Source: a bacterium (GTDB taxonomy: Bacteria > Bacteroidota > Bacteroidia > Bacteroidales > UBA932). From it: a DNA stretch of 56,329 nt. This document shows, in pieces, positions 27,956-38,305 of this stretch (within the stretch, counting starts at the first letter, position 1; each line of letters begins with the position of its first letter). The notes below the pieces were generated by a model. The model had not been told where the DNA came from, searched no databases, and saw nothing but the letters and a program-made list of their open reading frames with translations. Both the position numbers and the translations under genes were made by a program. Location: NCBI GenBank assembly GCA_963613775.1, contig CAVEAQ010000001.1:1-56329 (forward strand), in the 5' to 3' direction.

Positions 27956-30358
27956 ATGAGACAAGATAAAGAATTCACCTTCCCTGCAGGAGCGGAAGTA
28001 AGCATCATACCCGTTATGCAGGGCGAGGGCATGATGAAGATTGACGATGCCGAACTGCCTGATGTTCTGCCTGTTCTGGCGCTGCGCAACGCAGTGCTCT
28101 TCCCGGGAGCGATATACCCTGTCACGATAGGACGGGAGAAATCCATAAAGCTGATACAGGATGCCGAGAAGGAGGGTTTCTTCATCGGCGCCGTACCTCA
28201 GCAGGACGTAATGGTGGAGGAGCCGCAGGAGGAAGACCTCTTCCACTACGGATCCGTGTGCAAGATAGTCAAGACCCTGGAGATGCCGGACGGCACCATG
28301 ACTGCCATACTTCAGGCCTTCAAGCGTCTGGAGGTGGAGTCCGTGCTCGGCTACGAGCCGTACATCACCGCCAAGGTACACTACCTGCCGGACATCTTCA
28401 AGGGTGACGGCCGCTCCACTGACATCAAGGCGATAAGCGAGGCCCTCAAGGACAAGGCCATCCAGGTCCTCCGTTCGACCAACCTCGGCACGAGGGAAAC
28501 TATCGGAGCGGTGAAGGCCATCGATGACTTCAGGTTCCTCGTCAACTTCATCGCCACCACCATCGAGGTGGAGAACTTCGAGTCCAAGGCCGAGTTGCTC
28601 GAGTACGACGACGTGAAGGTCAGGGCGCTAAAGCTCCTCTCCATACTCAACGTGCAGATCGAGCTGATGAACATCAAGCAGGAGATCAACCAGAAGGTCA
28701 AGACCGAGATCGACCAGCAGCAGAGGGAATACTACCTCAACAACCAGCTCCGCACCATCCAGGAGGAGCTCGGTATGGACGGAGAGGAGGAGTTCGACAA
28801 GTTCCGCGAGAAGGCTGCGGAGAAGAAGTGGCCGAAGGAGATTGCCGAAGCCTTCGAGAAGGAGCTTGCAAGGCTTGAGAGATACAACCCGTCGTCCCCT
28901 GACTACAGCGTGCAGTACAACTACCTCGAGTTTATGCTTCAGTTGCCGTGGGGCGAGATGAGCAAGGACGACCTCGACCTCGCGCACGCGCAGAAGGTGC
29001 TCGACCACGATCACTACGGACTCGACACGGTCAAGGACCGCATCGTGGAATACCTCGCCGTGCTCAAGCTCAAGGGCAATATGAAATCCCCTATCCTCTG
29101 CCTCTACGGGCCTCCGGGAGTGGGCAAGACCTCCCTCGGCAAGTCAGTGGCCAAGGCGCTGGGACGCAAATATGTGCGCATCGCGCTGGGCGGCATGCAC
29201 GACGAGTCCGAAATCCGCGGACACCGCAAGACCTATGTGGGCGCGCTTCCGGGACGAATCCTCAACGGCATAGCCAAGGCGGGCACTTCCAACCCGGTAA
29301 TCGTGCTCGACGAGATAGACAAGCTCAGCTCCGACTTCAAGGGCGACCCGTCATCCGCACTTCTGGAGGCGCTCGACCCTGAGCAGAACGCGACTTTCCA
29401 CGACAACTACCTCGACCTCGACTACGACCTCAGCAACGTGCTCTTCATCACCACGGCCAACAGCATCTCGCCTATCCAGCCCGCCCTGCTCGACCGTATG
29501 GAGGTGATCAATGTCACCGGCTACCTCGCGGAGGAGAAGATGGAGATTGCGCGCAAGTTCCTCGTGCCTAAGCAGCTGGAGGAGCACGGCATCAAGAAGG
29601 GTGCGCTCAGGATAGACAAGGCGGCCCTCGCGGAGATCATAGACCAGTACACCCACGAGTCGGGCGTACGCGGACTCGAGAAGCAGATTGCCAAGGTCGC
29701 CCGGGTCACCGCCAAGAAGATCGCGCTCGGCGAAGACTATCCTAAGGTGGTCAAGAAGGAGCACCTCAAGGAATACCTCGGTCTGCCGACCGCGTTCCAC
29801 GACAAGCAGAAGGGCAATGAGGCCCCGGGAGTGGTGACCGGACTTGCTTGGACCCAGATGGGAGGCGAAATCCTCTTCGTCGAGAGTTCGGTATCGTGCG
29901 GCAAGGGAGTGATGACTATGACCGGCAACCTGGGAGACGTGATGAAGGAGTCGGCGACCATCGCCTACCAGTACATCAAGGCGCATCCGGAGCTGGCGAA
30001 GATGACTTCGGAAGAGTTCGCCGCCAAGGACATCCACGTGCACGTGCCAGAAGGCGCAACCCCTAAGGACGGTCCGTCAGCGGGTATCACGATGGTAAGC
30101 TCGATGGTGTCAGCGCTGCGCGGAGAGGCCGTGAAGCCGGGCATAGCGATGACCGGAGAGATGACTCTCCGCGGCAGGGTGCTTCCGGTAGGCGGCATCA
30201 AGGAGAAGATTCTCGCCGCCAAGAGAGCCGGTGTCCATACGATTGTCATCTCCGAAGACAACCGCAAGGATATCGAGGACATCAAGGCGATCTACGTCGA
30301 GGGTCTGACTTTCCACTATGTACAGACCATCAGGGACGTGATCGACTTCGTCTTCTAG
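27956..30358 (+). CDS. lon: ATP-dependent protease La
   Basis: LON N-domain, [29 protein letters not shown]. Confidence 0.98.
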   Translation: MRQDKEFTFPAGAEVSIIPVMQGEGMMKIDDAELPDVLPVLALRNAVLFPGAIYPVTIGREKSIKLIQDAEKEGFFIGAVPQQDVMVEEPQEEDLFHYGSVCKIVKTLEMPDGTMTAILQAFKRLEVESVLGYEPYITAKVHYLPDIFKGDGRSTDIKAISEALKDKAIQVLRSTNLGTRETIGAVKAIDDFRFLVNFIATTIEVENFESKAELLEYDDVKVRALKLLSILNVQIELMNIKQEINQKVKTEIDQQQREYYLNNQLRTIQEELGMDGEEEFDKFREKAAEKKWPKEIAEAFEKELARLERYNPSSPDYSVQYNYLEFMLQLPWGEMSKDDLDLAHAQKVLDHDHYGLDTVKDRIVEYLAVLKLKGNMKSPILCLYGPPGVGKTSLGKSVAKALGRKYVRIALGGMHDESEIRGHRKTYVGALPGRILNGIAKAGTSNPVIVLDEIDKLSSDFKGDPSSALLEALDPEQNATFHDNYLDLDYDLSNVLFITTANSISPIQPALLDRMEVINVTGYLAEEKMEIARKFLVPKQLEEHGIKKGALRIDKAALAEIIDQYTHESGVRGLEKQIAKVARVTAKKIALGEDYPKVVKKEHLKEYLGLPTAFHDKQKGNEAPGVVTGLAWTQMGGEILFVESSVSCGKGVMTMTGNLGDVMKESATIAYQYIKAHPELAKMTSEEFAAKDIHVHVPEGATPKDGPSAGITMVSSMVSALRGEAVKPGIAMTGEMTLRGRVLPVGGIKEKILAAKRAGVHTIVISEDNRKDIEDIKAIYVEGLTFHYVQTIRDVIDFVF

Positions 30359-30591
30359 AAAAGTGTCGGATGGTTCTCCTCCAGACCCTTGAGGATACGC
30401 TCCATAAGCGCCTCACGGATCAGGCCCGAGCGTGAGGAGACCTTGAAGCGACGGCAGTATTCATCGATTGCCGCAAGTTCCTGCCCGTTGAAGAGCACGG
30501 ACTTGCGGTAAATTCTTTTGAGAGACTCCTTCTGTCTGTCGAGATAGGCCGGATCGACAGCGGAGAATTTCTTACTCTTTTTCCGGGTCAT
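30355..30591 (-). CDS. Small hypothetical protein, ribbon-helix-helix-like
   Basis: SVLFN..ELAAIDEYC...SRSGLIREA pattern; overlaps the upstream gene. Confidence 0.7.
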   Translation of the reverse strand: MTRKKSKKFSAVDPAYLDRQKESLKRIYRKSVLFNGQELAAIDEYCRRFKVSSRSGLIREALMERILKGLEENHPTLF

Positions 30592-31387
30592 CAGTTATGC
30601 TTATATAGTGGATAATTTCCTGCAGGTTGGTGACTTCCAGACGCCTACCAATGATCTCCCCGTCCTTCCAGACCACGAACATCCGGGGTGTGCCGGTGAC
30701 TCCATAGTATTTCTGGTAGTCTGAGTCCATCTCCGGATCCCAGAGGTGGATGAGGCGGACCTTGCGGTTGGAAAGTTTGAAATTCTTGCGGAATGCCTTC
30801 CATTCCTTTCTGTCTGTGCCCACATAGACGGCGTAGAAGTTCATCGGGAAATCCACCTGAGCCATCACGGAAGGCAGCACCCGGCTCTCCAGGCGGCATT
30901 TGGCGCAGGATGTGTCGTAGAAGAATATGACTGATATCCGTCCGTCCTCGGGGATGGTACGGCTGCCGCCGCAAGGTTTGTAGAGCTTTATCTTCGGGGC
31001 AGTCATCCCGAGCAGCGAACTGCGGTTGAAATCGGCGAATATCTGCGCGTCCATAAGCTCTATGTCTGTGGAGGTCTTCACCAGTCCGGTCGCGAGCCAG
31101 GTATCGTAGATGTGTATCGCCACCGCCTCCTCCCCCATCACCCGCGCGTGGCGGTAATGGTCGAAGATCCGGAGGGTGACGTGCTGCCTGGTCAGCGAGT
31201 CGTGGCAGCTCGAGATGAGCGAGTCGAACTCGGCGTTCTTTGCCGCAACGTCCTCCCGCTCCAGAGCTCCATAAAACTCTGTCAGCAGGCTGTCCAGCCC
31301 GGCATAACGGTAGAGCGAATCCGTCTGCGCGAAGAGCGCGGACAGACTCATCAGCAGCGCTGAGACTATGAGGAAGATGCGCTTCAT
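30572..31387 (-). CDS. Exported TlpA/thioredoxin-like protein
   Basis: Signal peptide; FFYDTSCAKC, YGVTGTP. Confidence 0.82.
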   Translation of the reverse strand: MKRIFLIVSALLMSLSALFAQTDSLYRYAGLDSLLTEFYGALEREDVAAKNAEFDSLISSCHDSLTRQHVTLRIFDHYRHARVMGEEAVAIHIYDTWLATGLVKTSTDIELMDAQIFADFNRSSLLGMTAPKIKLYKPCGGSRTIPEDGRISVIFFYDTSCAKCRLESRVLPSVMAQVDFPMNFYAVYVGTDRKEWKAFRKNFKLSNRKVRLIHLWDPEMDSDYQKYYGVTGTPRMFVVWKDGEIIGRRLEVTNLQEIIHYISITDDPEKE

Positions 31388-31854
31388 TTCACTTCCGGCA
31401 GTCTTACTCCCTCCGGCAGGAAGAGCGAAGTATCCCCGTGGTGACGGAGTATGTCCCTCACTGCAGAAGAGGAGATGTGCGCAAACTCCTGCGCGGTAGG
31501 GATGATGATCGTCTCTATCTCCGGCGCGAGACGGCGGTTGGCATCGGCGATGGCGCGCTCGTTCTCGAAGTCGAGCATATTGCGCACCCCCCTGACTATG
31601 TGCCGTATGCCGAGCTCACGGCAAATATCCACCGTAAGTCCGTCATACTGAATAATAAGCACATTGTCCGTACCGGAGGTTGCCTGGCGTATGATGTCGA
31701 TCTTCTGCTCGTTGGAGAAGAATCCGTGCTTGTCCTGGTTGATACCAATGGCCACAGTCACCTCGTCAAACATCGTCAGCGCCCTGTGCAGGATGTTGAG
31801 ATGTCCGGCGGTGAACGGATCAAACGAGCCCGGGAATAATGCTTTAGCTTTCAT
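31384..31854 (-). CDS. coaD: Phosphopantetheine adenylyltransferase
   Basis: FPGSFDPFTAGH, IVRGVR...DFENE, ISSSAVR. Confidence 0.97.
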   Translation of the reverse strand: MKAKALFPGSFDPFTAGHLNILHRALTMFDEVTVAIGINQDKHGFFSNEQKIDIIRQATSGTDNVLIIQYDGLTVDICRELGIRHIVRGVRNMLDFENERAIADANRRLAPEIETIIIPTAQEFAHISSSAVRDILRHHGDTSLFLPEGVRLPEVK

Positions 31855-31863
31855 ACTGCGAAA

Positions 31864-32448
31864 TTACGCAATATTAAGCATTTTCTTCCATTTAACGTAA
31901 CCGGCGACGGCAATTATTACGTACAGCCCGTAGAGCGAAGCCTTGAACGGGATGCCCTTGTAGAAGTAGAGGGCGCAGGTAACTATATCCACCACTATCC
32001 ATATCATCCACTGTTCCAGATACTTGCGAGCAAGTGCCCAGCATCCCACGAAACTCAGAGCGGTAGTGAAGCTGTCGCATACCGGCACCTGCGAGTCGGT
32101 AAAGCGCACCAGCAGGAAATATATCAGCGCCCACAGCGCTGCGGTGGCGAGCACCCAGGGCAGGATGTAGCGCCGCTCGAAATGCGTCACCACGGTAGGA
32201 GACTTGTCATCGCGCCCCTTGAGGTATTTCCAGTTGATGTAGCCGTAGACCGTCATCGCAATATAGTAGAACTCCATACCGCAGTCGGCGTAGAGACCGT
32301 GCTGCCAGTAGAGCACCACATCGAGGCTCTGCATCACGAATGCCACGGCCCACAGTGCGAGGCTCGCCTTATATTCAAGGAGAATATAGGCGAGTCCCAG
32401 CGCGGTGGTAAGTATGTCCAGCCAGTGGATGGCGAGAAATTCCTGCAT
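31864..32448 (-). CDS. pnuC: PnuC-family transporter, probably thiamine (PnuT)
   Basis: YGYINW, DSFTT, ARKYLEQW.IWIVVD; lies downstream of a TPP riboswitch and TBDR. Confidence 0.92.
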   Translation of the reverse strand: MQEFLAIHWLDILTTALGLAYILLEYKASLALWAVAFVMQSLDVVLYWQHGLYADCGMEFYYIAMTVYGYINWKYLKGRDDKSPTVVTHFERRYILPWVLATAALWALIYFLLVRFTDSQVPVCDSFTTALSFVGCWALARKYLEQWMIWIVVDIVTCALYFYKGIPFKASLYGLYVIIAVAGYVKWKKMLNIA

Positions 32449-32458
32449 AACAGCCGTC

Positions 32459-34834
32459 CTAGAATCTGAGGGTCACGTTGCCGAGAGCCGTGAAACCGGC
32501 GGCAGGCACGAAACCGATCTGGTAGTAGCGATTGTCGTTCGGGTGGCCGTAGCCCGCCGCGATGGCTGAATATACCCAGCCGCTCGTGGCGTAATGGCTG
32601 TTGAATACATTGCCCAGATTGAGTCCGAGACGCAGCTGCTTGAGCGCCCCCTTGAACTTGAAGACATAGCCGAGATCGAGGTCGGAGCAGGTATACGCCG
32701 GCAGGGAACGGTCTGCGTTCTGAGTGTTGTCAAGATATTGACGCCCGACATATCCGGTGTGCCATACGGCAGTGAAGTTGCCGAAGCGGAAGTCAGCGAA
32801 GCCGTTGAGTATTGCGCTCGGGGAGAATGCGATGGTGGATGAGCCGTAGTGGATCACTGTATATCCGTTGTCCCAGTCCTCCGCATACTCGTCGAAGTCG
32901 AGGATGCGGTTGGCGCTCAGAGCGGCGTTGCCCTCGAGGGTAAGCCATCCGGCGGCGTCCCAGGCAAGGGTCATCTCGACACCGCTGCGGAAGGACCTCG
33001 CAATGTTGGTGGTGAGATTCTCTCCGATGTCGCTGGTCTGTCCGGTCTGCACGAACTGGTCGCGGTAGTCCATATAGTAGAGGTTGATTCCGGCGCGCAC
33101 CTTACTGAGGCTCAGCTGATAGCCAAGTTCGTAATCAATGAGCCTCTCGGCCTTCGGGGCCGGATAGTTGCCGTTGTCGGTGAAGTTGTTGCGCTCCGGC
33201 TCGCGGTGGCTCAGAGCCACTGAAGCGTAGGCCCTGTGCGGTCCGTTGCTGTAGCTGACGCCCCCTTTCGGATTGAAGAAATTGTAATGTTCGTCGATGT
33301 CGAGTATCTGGTTGGCATAGGTCCCGTCAGCCTGCTCGATGAACTTGTCGTTCTTGCCGTCGGTGCGGTAATCCACCCTGCGGTACTGCAGGTCGCCGAA
33401 GATGTCCCAATGCTCACCCAGACTGTAGGCAGCCTTGACGAAGGCGCTATAGTCTCCCTTGAATGCGTCTGAATCATAGTAGGTATAGCGTCCGTCAGCG
33501 TCCAGTATGGCAGCTGCAAGCTCGTTGTCGCCGACATAGGTGAGGTAGCCGAAGTGGTGCGAGGTGAAGCGCTGCGCGGTGAGGCCGCCGATGACATCCC
33601 AGCGCCCATCCCGGTAACTGAAGTTGTAGACGGCGCCCCAGGTGTTCTGGTCGAGACCCTTCTGGCGCACGAAATCCGTCCTCTTGAGGGTCGAGCCGTC
33701 GGCTTTGGTATAGCTGAGACCGAACTTCCCCAGCTTGTTGTTGTAACGGAACTCATCGTAGTAACCGTAGCCGTAGGTATAGCGCAGAGAGAGGTTCATA
33801 TTCCAGTGCTCATCGATGTTCCAGGAGCCGGAGAGGATATTGTGGTTCTGGATGAAGTTGTCGGTAGTCTTAGGCCAGTACGAACCGTCCTTGAGGCTAT
33901 AGCGCTCAGTGAGGTAGCTGCCGTCGGCATCTTTTGCGAAATTGCCCTCGGAGTCGGTGGCAAGCTTCTCATACAGAGAGTTGTAGCGACCGAGACCCAC
34001 GCGGTACATATCGGCATAGTTGTGTATGCCCGTGCTCGCGCCGTAGGTCCCGTCCATCAGCGAGAGGTCATCGTTGCCGGCGGTGACGCCGTTCCACGCC
34101 TGTCCCGTGTGCTCGAAGTTACCGATATTGCGGTACTTTATCGTGAAATTGCCGCCGAGCCAGGTGAGACCGGCATAGTAGGAGCCTGAGCGGCCGGCCG
34201 TCCCGTGCACATAGCCGTCAGTGGTGGTCCGGTGATACCCGGCCTCTGCGACTAAGTGGTTCCAGAGCAGCCCGGTGGAGGCGCTGACGCCCAGATTGAG
34301 GGTGTTGTAGGAGCCGTATGATGCGCTGAGTTCGGCATAAGGGAGGAGCGATGCGGACCTGGTCTTCATAGTCACAGTGCCGCCGAATGCGCCGTCGCCG
34401 TTGGTGGAAGTGCCCACTCCCCTCTGGATCTGCACGCTCTCCATAAATGAAGCATAACTGTTCATATTCGCCCAGAACACGCACTGGTCTTCAGGTGAAT
34501 TGAGCGGCACGCCGTCCACGGTGACGTTGATCCTCGAGTCACCGGCGCCCCTGATGCGCATATAGCTGGTGCCGGTGCCGACACCGTTCTCACTCCACGC
34601 AAGCACGCCGGGAGTCCGCGAAAGCAGGAACGGAAGTTCCTTGCCGCTCACGGAGAAGTCCTTCAGCGAACTTTCGGAGATGTTTGCAACTGCGTAAGGT
34701 GCATTCTTCTGCACCATTACTCCCTGGACTACGGCATCCTCAAGCCTTTCGACGAGGAGCGAGTCGGAAACCGTCTGCGCCCCGGCATTTGCAGCCAGAG
34801 CAAGCAGCACAACAGAAAATACATTCTTTTTCAT
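32459..34834 (-). CDS. TonB-dependent receptor, probably thiamine uptake
   Basis: Signal peptide, plug motifs (MRIRG, DGVPLN, VQIQRGVG), terminal Phe; TPP riboswitch upstream. Confidence 0.92.
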   Translation of the reverse strand: MKKNVFSVVLLALAANAGAQTVSDSLLVERLEDAVVQGVMVQKNAPYAVANISESSLKDFSVSGKELPFLLSRTPGVLAWSENGVGTGTSYMRIRGAGDSRINVTVDGVPLNSPEDQCVFWANMNSYASFMESVQIQRGVGTSTNGDGAFGGTVTMKTRSASLLPYAELSASYGSYNTLNLGVSASTGLLWNHLVAEAGYHRTTTDGYVHGTAGRSGSYYAGLTWLGGNFTIKYRNIGNFEHTGQAWNGVTAGNDDLSLMDGTYGASTGIHNYADMYRVGLGRYNSLYEKLATDSEGNFAKDADGSYLTERYSLKDGSYWPKTTDNFIQNHNILSGSWNIDEHWNMNLSLRYTYGYGYYDEFRYNNKLGKFGLSYTKADGSTLKRTDFVRQKGLDQNTWGAVYNFSYRDGRWDVIGGLTAQRFTSHHFGYLTYVGDNELAAAILDADGRYTYYDSDAFKGDYSAFVKAAYSLGEHWDIFGDLQYRRVDYRTDGKNDKFIEQADGTYANQILDIDEHYNFFNPKGGVSYSNGPHRAYASVALSHREPERNNFTDNGNYPAPKAERLIDYELGYQLSLSKVRAGINLYYMDYRDQFVQTGQTSDIGENLTTNIARSFRSGVEMTLAWDAAGWLTLEGNAALSANRILDFDEYAEDWDNGYTVIHYGSSTIAFSPSAILNGFADFRFGNFTAVWHTGYVGRQYLDNTQNADRSLPAYTCSDLDLGYVFKFKGALKQLRLGLNLGNVFNSHYATSGWVYSAIAAGYGHPNDNRYYQIGFVPAAGFTALGNVTLRF

Positions 34835-34871
34835 TAAAATGTAATTAATAATAAAACAATGTATAAGGGGA

Positions 34872-34955
34872 GGTCTTTCCCTACGCCGGCATTACCCGGA
34901 TCAGGTTATGGGTATAATCTCAGCCCCGCGCCAGACGGAGCACCCCTTACAGAAG
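34872..34955 (-). ncRNA. TPP riboswitch
   Basis: Minus strand TAAGGGGTGC...GCTGAGATTATACCCATAACCTGATCCGGGTAATGCCGGCGTAGGGAA matches the THI-box consensus. Confidence 0.96.
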
Positions 34956-34982
34956 CACGGCACCGCGCCGTGCAATCGGGCG

Positions 34983-34990
34983 CAAAGGTA
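34983..34990 (-). promoter_or_regulatory. -7 box (TACCTTTG) for the TPP riboswitch transcript
   Basis: Exact TAnnTTTG about 30 nt upstream of the aptamer. Confidence 0.72.
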
Positions 34991-35002
34991 GAAAATTTTA
35001 TT

Positions 35003-35010
35003 TAACTTTG
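35003..35010 (+). promoter_or_regulatory. -7 box (TAACTTTG) for ung
   Basis: Exact TAnnTTTG 7 nt before the ATG. Confidence 0.68.
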
Positions 35011-35017
35011 GTGCTCT

Positions 35018-35686
35018 ATGGATGTAAAGATAGAGCAAAGCTGGAAAGAGGCGCTGCAGGGCGAATTCGACAAGCCGTATTTTGCACAGCTCGTCTCGGA
35101 GCTGCACCGACAGAAGCGCGAAGGCGCGGTGATATACCCTCCGGGAGGGCAGATTTTCAGGGCATTCGAGCTATGCCCGCTGCCCCGTGTCAAGGTCGTG
35201 ATACTCGGTCAGGACCCCTACCACGGCTACGGGCAGGCCACGGGACTCTCGTTCTCCGTACCGGCCGATGTCCCCGCTCCGCCGTCGCTCAAAAACATAT
35301 TCAAGGAGATCGAGTCGGACCTCGGAATACAGATGTCGGGTTGCCCCGATCTGACTCCCTGGGCAGAGCAGGGCGTACTTCTGCTCAACGCGGTCCTCAC
35401 CGTACGCGCCGGAGAGCCGACCTCACACAGCAGACTCGGCTGGCAGGAATTCACCGATGCGGTGATCAGGACCATCTCCGAGCGCTGCGGGGGGGTCGTG
35501 TTTATGCTCTGGGGCAACTATGCCCGCAGCAAGGCGGCGCTCATCGACCCCAGAGTCCACCACGTGCTGGAAGCAGCGCACCCCTCCCCTCTAGCCAGAG
35601 GGGCGTTTTTCGGCTGCCGGCACTTCTCCAGGGCCAACAGTCTGCTGATTTCAGAGGGGAAGACCCCTATCGACTGGAGACTTTAG
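35018..35686 (+). CDS. ung: Uracil-DNA glycosylase, family 1
   Basis: GQDPYH, PPSLKNI, GVLLLN, HPSPLA. Confidence 0.98.
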   Translation: MDVKIEQSWKEALQGEFDKPYFAQLVSELHRQKREGAVIYPPGGQIFRAFELCPLPRVKVVILGQDPYHGYGQATGLSFSVPADVPAPPSLKNIFKEIESDLGIQMSGCPDLTPWAEQGVLLLNAVLTVRAGEPTSHSRLGWQEFTDAVIRTISERCGGVVFMLWGNYARSKAALIDPRVHHVLEAAHPSPLARGAFFGCRHFSRANSLLISEGKTPIDWRL

Positions 35687-37292
35687 ACATCACGAACCTC
35701 ACTGCAAGCAGCGCCGCGAGCAGCAGGAATACCAGGGTGCAGACGCGCCCTGCGATGTCTCCGTTGCGGACGAAGAATGTCTGATCCGAATTGAGATTGA
35801 CTTCAGAACTGATCACCGTCCTCTCCCACCACGGCGACTGCTCGAGTATGTCGCCCCTCTGGTCGATAATGCAGGAGATGCCCGTATTGCCGCAGCGGGC
35901 AATGTCGCGGCGCAGTTCTATCGCGCGCAGGGCGGAATAGCTCAGGTGCTGCCTGTAGCCTGGGGTGTTGCCCCACCAGGCATCGTTGGTGATGACAGTC
36001 ATAGCCTTGGCCCCCTTGCGGACATAACCGGTGCAGTATTCACCGTAGACAGACTCATAGCAGATGGCGCAGCCGATCGGCAGCCTGTCTTCCCCGAAAT
36101 GCAGCACTGAGACCTCATCCTGCCCCACGCAGCGGCCCATCAGCCCGCTGACGTCCATCTTGTCGGAAAGCCAGTCATCGAGCGGCACGAATATTCCCGG
36201 ATAAGGAGTAAGTTCAGTCCCGACCACCAGACGGCTCTTGTGGTAGATCTCGTTGCGGCCGGAGGCATCGTAAAGCAGGGCGCTGTTGTGCGAGGTGATC
36301 CACCCGTTGCCGAACTTTCGGGCAAGGATGGACGGCGCATCGCCGGACGGCTGCACTTCGTAGGTGCTGGCGCCGACAAGCAGCTCGGCTCGCGGATATT
36401 TCTCAAGAAGGCCCCTGAAGCTGCGCATTGTAGGCGAGGAGTCCGAATCGCCCAAGATAATGTCGGAGGTAAAGGTCTCAGGCCCGAGCAGCAGCACTGG
36501 TTGCACCGAAGTGCTGTCTTTGCGTAGTTCGGTCTCGAAGAGGTCAAGCAGCACTGCGGTCTGCTGCTTCTGGCTGAGGGAGGTGAATTTCTCGTAAGGG
36601 TCGAAGTTCGGCTGACCGATGATGACCTTGAGCGTCCCTTCGGACTTCTCCTCATAGCTGTCGTAGATGAGTTTTGAGAGCGAGAGAGGCACTATGAACA
36701 CGATCAGCAGGGAGAGGTTGGCGGCAGTGCGGGCAACTCGGTTCCAGCCGGACCACGAGCCGTTCGTGTGGGAGATGAATATCCCGAAAAATGTCAGATT
36801 GCAGAGCCATATCCAGAGTGAGCCGCCCAGAGAGCCGGTGTATTCGTACCACTGGATACTGTGCGTGCTGGTGGCGAAGGCACCTCCCAGCGTGAGCCAG
36901 GGCCAGCTGATGTCCACATCGAAGTATCGCCGCTCCCAGGCGAGCCACATTGCCGCAAGCAGCACATAAGGCACGACGCCGCGCAGATATCGCTTCGAGA
37001 ATCTGAAGATCACCCAGACCAGAGTCATCTGCAGGGCATTGGCCACTATGGCGAAGATACCGCCTCCGACAGTGGCGTTGCAGACCCAGAAGGTGGTGAG
37101 GGCATTCCAGACCACAAAAGTCAGCAGGGCGTAGAGAGAGAAGTGTCTGACCCCTTCCCTATCGGCGAGCCAGTCAGCCACAAGCAGCGGGACAAAGCCC
37201 ACGAGCGCAAGCGCGCCGGTGTGCGGCACGAGCCACGGAAGGCTCAGCAGAACCGCAGATATCAGACAGAGTATCAGGAGTTTGACTTTCAT
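35667..37292 (-). CDS. lnt: Apolipoprotein N-acyltransferase
   Basis: Multi-TM N-terminus (WPWLTLG); nitrilase triad GPET, YHKSRLV, ICYES; TNDAWWG, NTGIS. Confidence 0.94.
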   Translation of the reverse strand: MKVKLLILCLISAVLLSLPWLVPHTGALALVGFVPLLVADWLADREGVRHFSLYALLTFVVWNALTTFWVCNATVGGGIFAIVANALQMTLVWVIFRFSKRYLRGVVPYVLLAAMWLAWERRYFDVDISWPWLTLGGAFATSTHSIQWYEYTGSLGGSLWIWLCNLTFFGIFISHTNGSWSGWNRVARTAANLSLLIVFIVPLSLSKLIYDSYEEKSEGTLKVIIGQPNFDPYEKFTSLSQKQQTAVLLDLFETELRKDSTSVQPVLLLGPETFTSDIILGDSDSSPTMRSFRGLLEKYPRAELLVGASTYEVQPSGDAPSILARKFGNGWITSHNSALLYDASGRNEIYHKSRLVVGTELTPYPGIFVPLDDWLSDKMDVSGLMGRCVGQDEVSVLHFGEDRLPIGCAICYESVYGEYCTGYVRKGAKAMTVITNDAWWGNTPGYRQHLSYSALRAIELRRDIARCGNTGISCIIDQRGDILEQSPWWERTVISSEVNLNSDQTFFVRNGDIAGRVCTLVFLLLAALLAVRFVMSKVSSR

Positions 37293-38305
37293 TCTTCAGG
37301 CATCTGGCCGCAGTATTTGCGCCACTTGTCCAGAAGTGCGGTCATATCTTCCGGAAGTTCGGAGTCGAACTGCAGCCACTCCCCAGTGCGCGGGTGCACG
37401 AAGCCCAGCGTCTTGGCGTGCAACGCCTGGCGCGGGCAGAGTTCGAAGCAGTTGGCGATGAACTGACGGTATTTGGAATATATGGTTCCCTTGCGGATCT
37501 CGTTGCCGCCATAGCGTTCGTCATTGAATATCGGGTGGCCCATCTGCGACATATGCACCCTGATCTGATGGGTTCTGCCGGTCTCCAGCCTGCACTCCAC
37601 GCAGGTCACGAAGCCGAATCTCTCCAGCACCCTATAGTGGGTGACGGCGTGCTTGCCCTTGTCTTCGTCTTCATATACCCTGAAGCGGAGACGGTCGTTG
37701 GGATCGCGGCCGATATTGCCCTCTATGGTACCTTCATCCTCCTGGATGTCTCCCCAGACGATGGCTATATAGCGCCTTTCGATGCTGTGGTCGAAGAACT
37801 GTTTTGCCAGCTTGAGCTGCGACTGCTCGTTCTTGGCCACGGCCAGCAGACCGCTGGTATCCTTGTCGATGCGGTGCACGAGCACGCCCATCCTCTCGTC
37901 TTCGGCCTCAGGCCCCTGGCTGATGCCCAGATGGTGCGAGAGAGCATTGACGAGCGTCCCCTCGAAGTGTCCGTGGCCCGGATGCACGACCATCCCGGCC
38001 GGCTTGTTGACCACCAGCACATCTTCGTCTTCATAGACTATATTGAGCGGAATATCCTGCGGGAGTATCTCCAGCCCGCGCCGGCGGTACGGCATCACGA
38101 AGCGGATGACGTCGCCCGGACGCACGATGAAGTTGGCTTTCACCACCTCCTCGCCCACGCGGACATAGCCTTCCTTGAGGGCCTGCTGCACACGGCTGCG
38201 GGAGGTATCCTCCATATGTGTGGACATATACCTGTCTATGCGCATCGGGGTCTGCCCCTTGTCCACCTCCAGCCGGAAGTGCTCGAAGAGTCCGTCTTCC
38301 ATCAC
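37289..38305 (-). CDS. rluD: RluD-type 23S rRNA pseudouridine synthase
   Basis: S4 domain, NKPAGMVVHP, HRIDKDTSG, LETGRTHQIRVH. Confidence 0.93.
   Translation of the reverse strand: MMEDGLFEHFRLEVDKGQTPMRIDRYMSTHMEDTSRSRVQQALKEGYVRVGEEVVKANFIVRPGDVIRFVMPYRRRGLEILPQDIPLNIVYEDEDVLVVNKPAGMVVHPGHGHFEGTLVNALSHHLGISQGPEAEDERMGVLVHRIDKDTSGLLAVAKNEQSQLKLAKQFFDHSIERRYIAIVWGDIQEDEGTIEGNIGRDPNDRLRFRVYEDEDKGKHAVTHYRVLERFGFVTCVECRLETGRTHQIRVHMSQMGHPIFNDERYGGNEIRKGTIYSKYRQFIANCFELCPRQALHAKTLGFVHPRTGEWLQFDSELPEDMTALLDKWRKYCGQMPEE

Noticed and set aside
35008..35784. 258-aa alternative-frame ORF over ung
   Set aside because: Arg/Ala/Gly-rich off-frame translation with no motifs; ung is the real frame.
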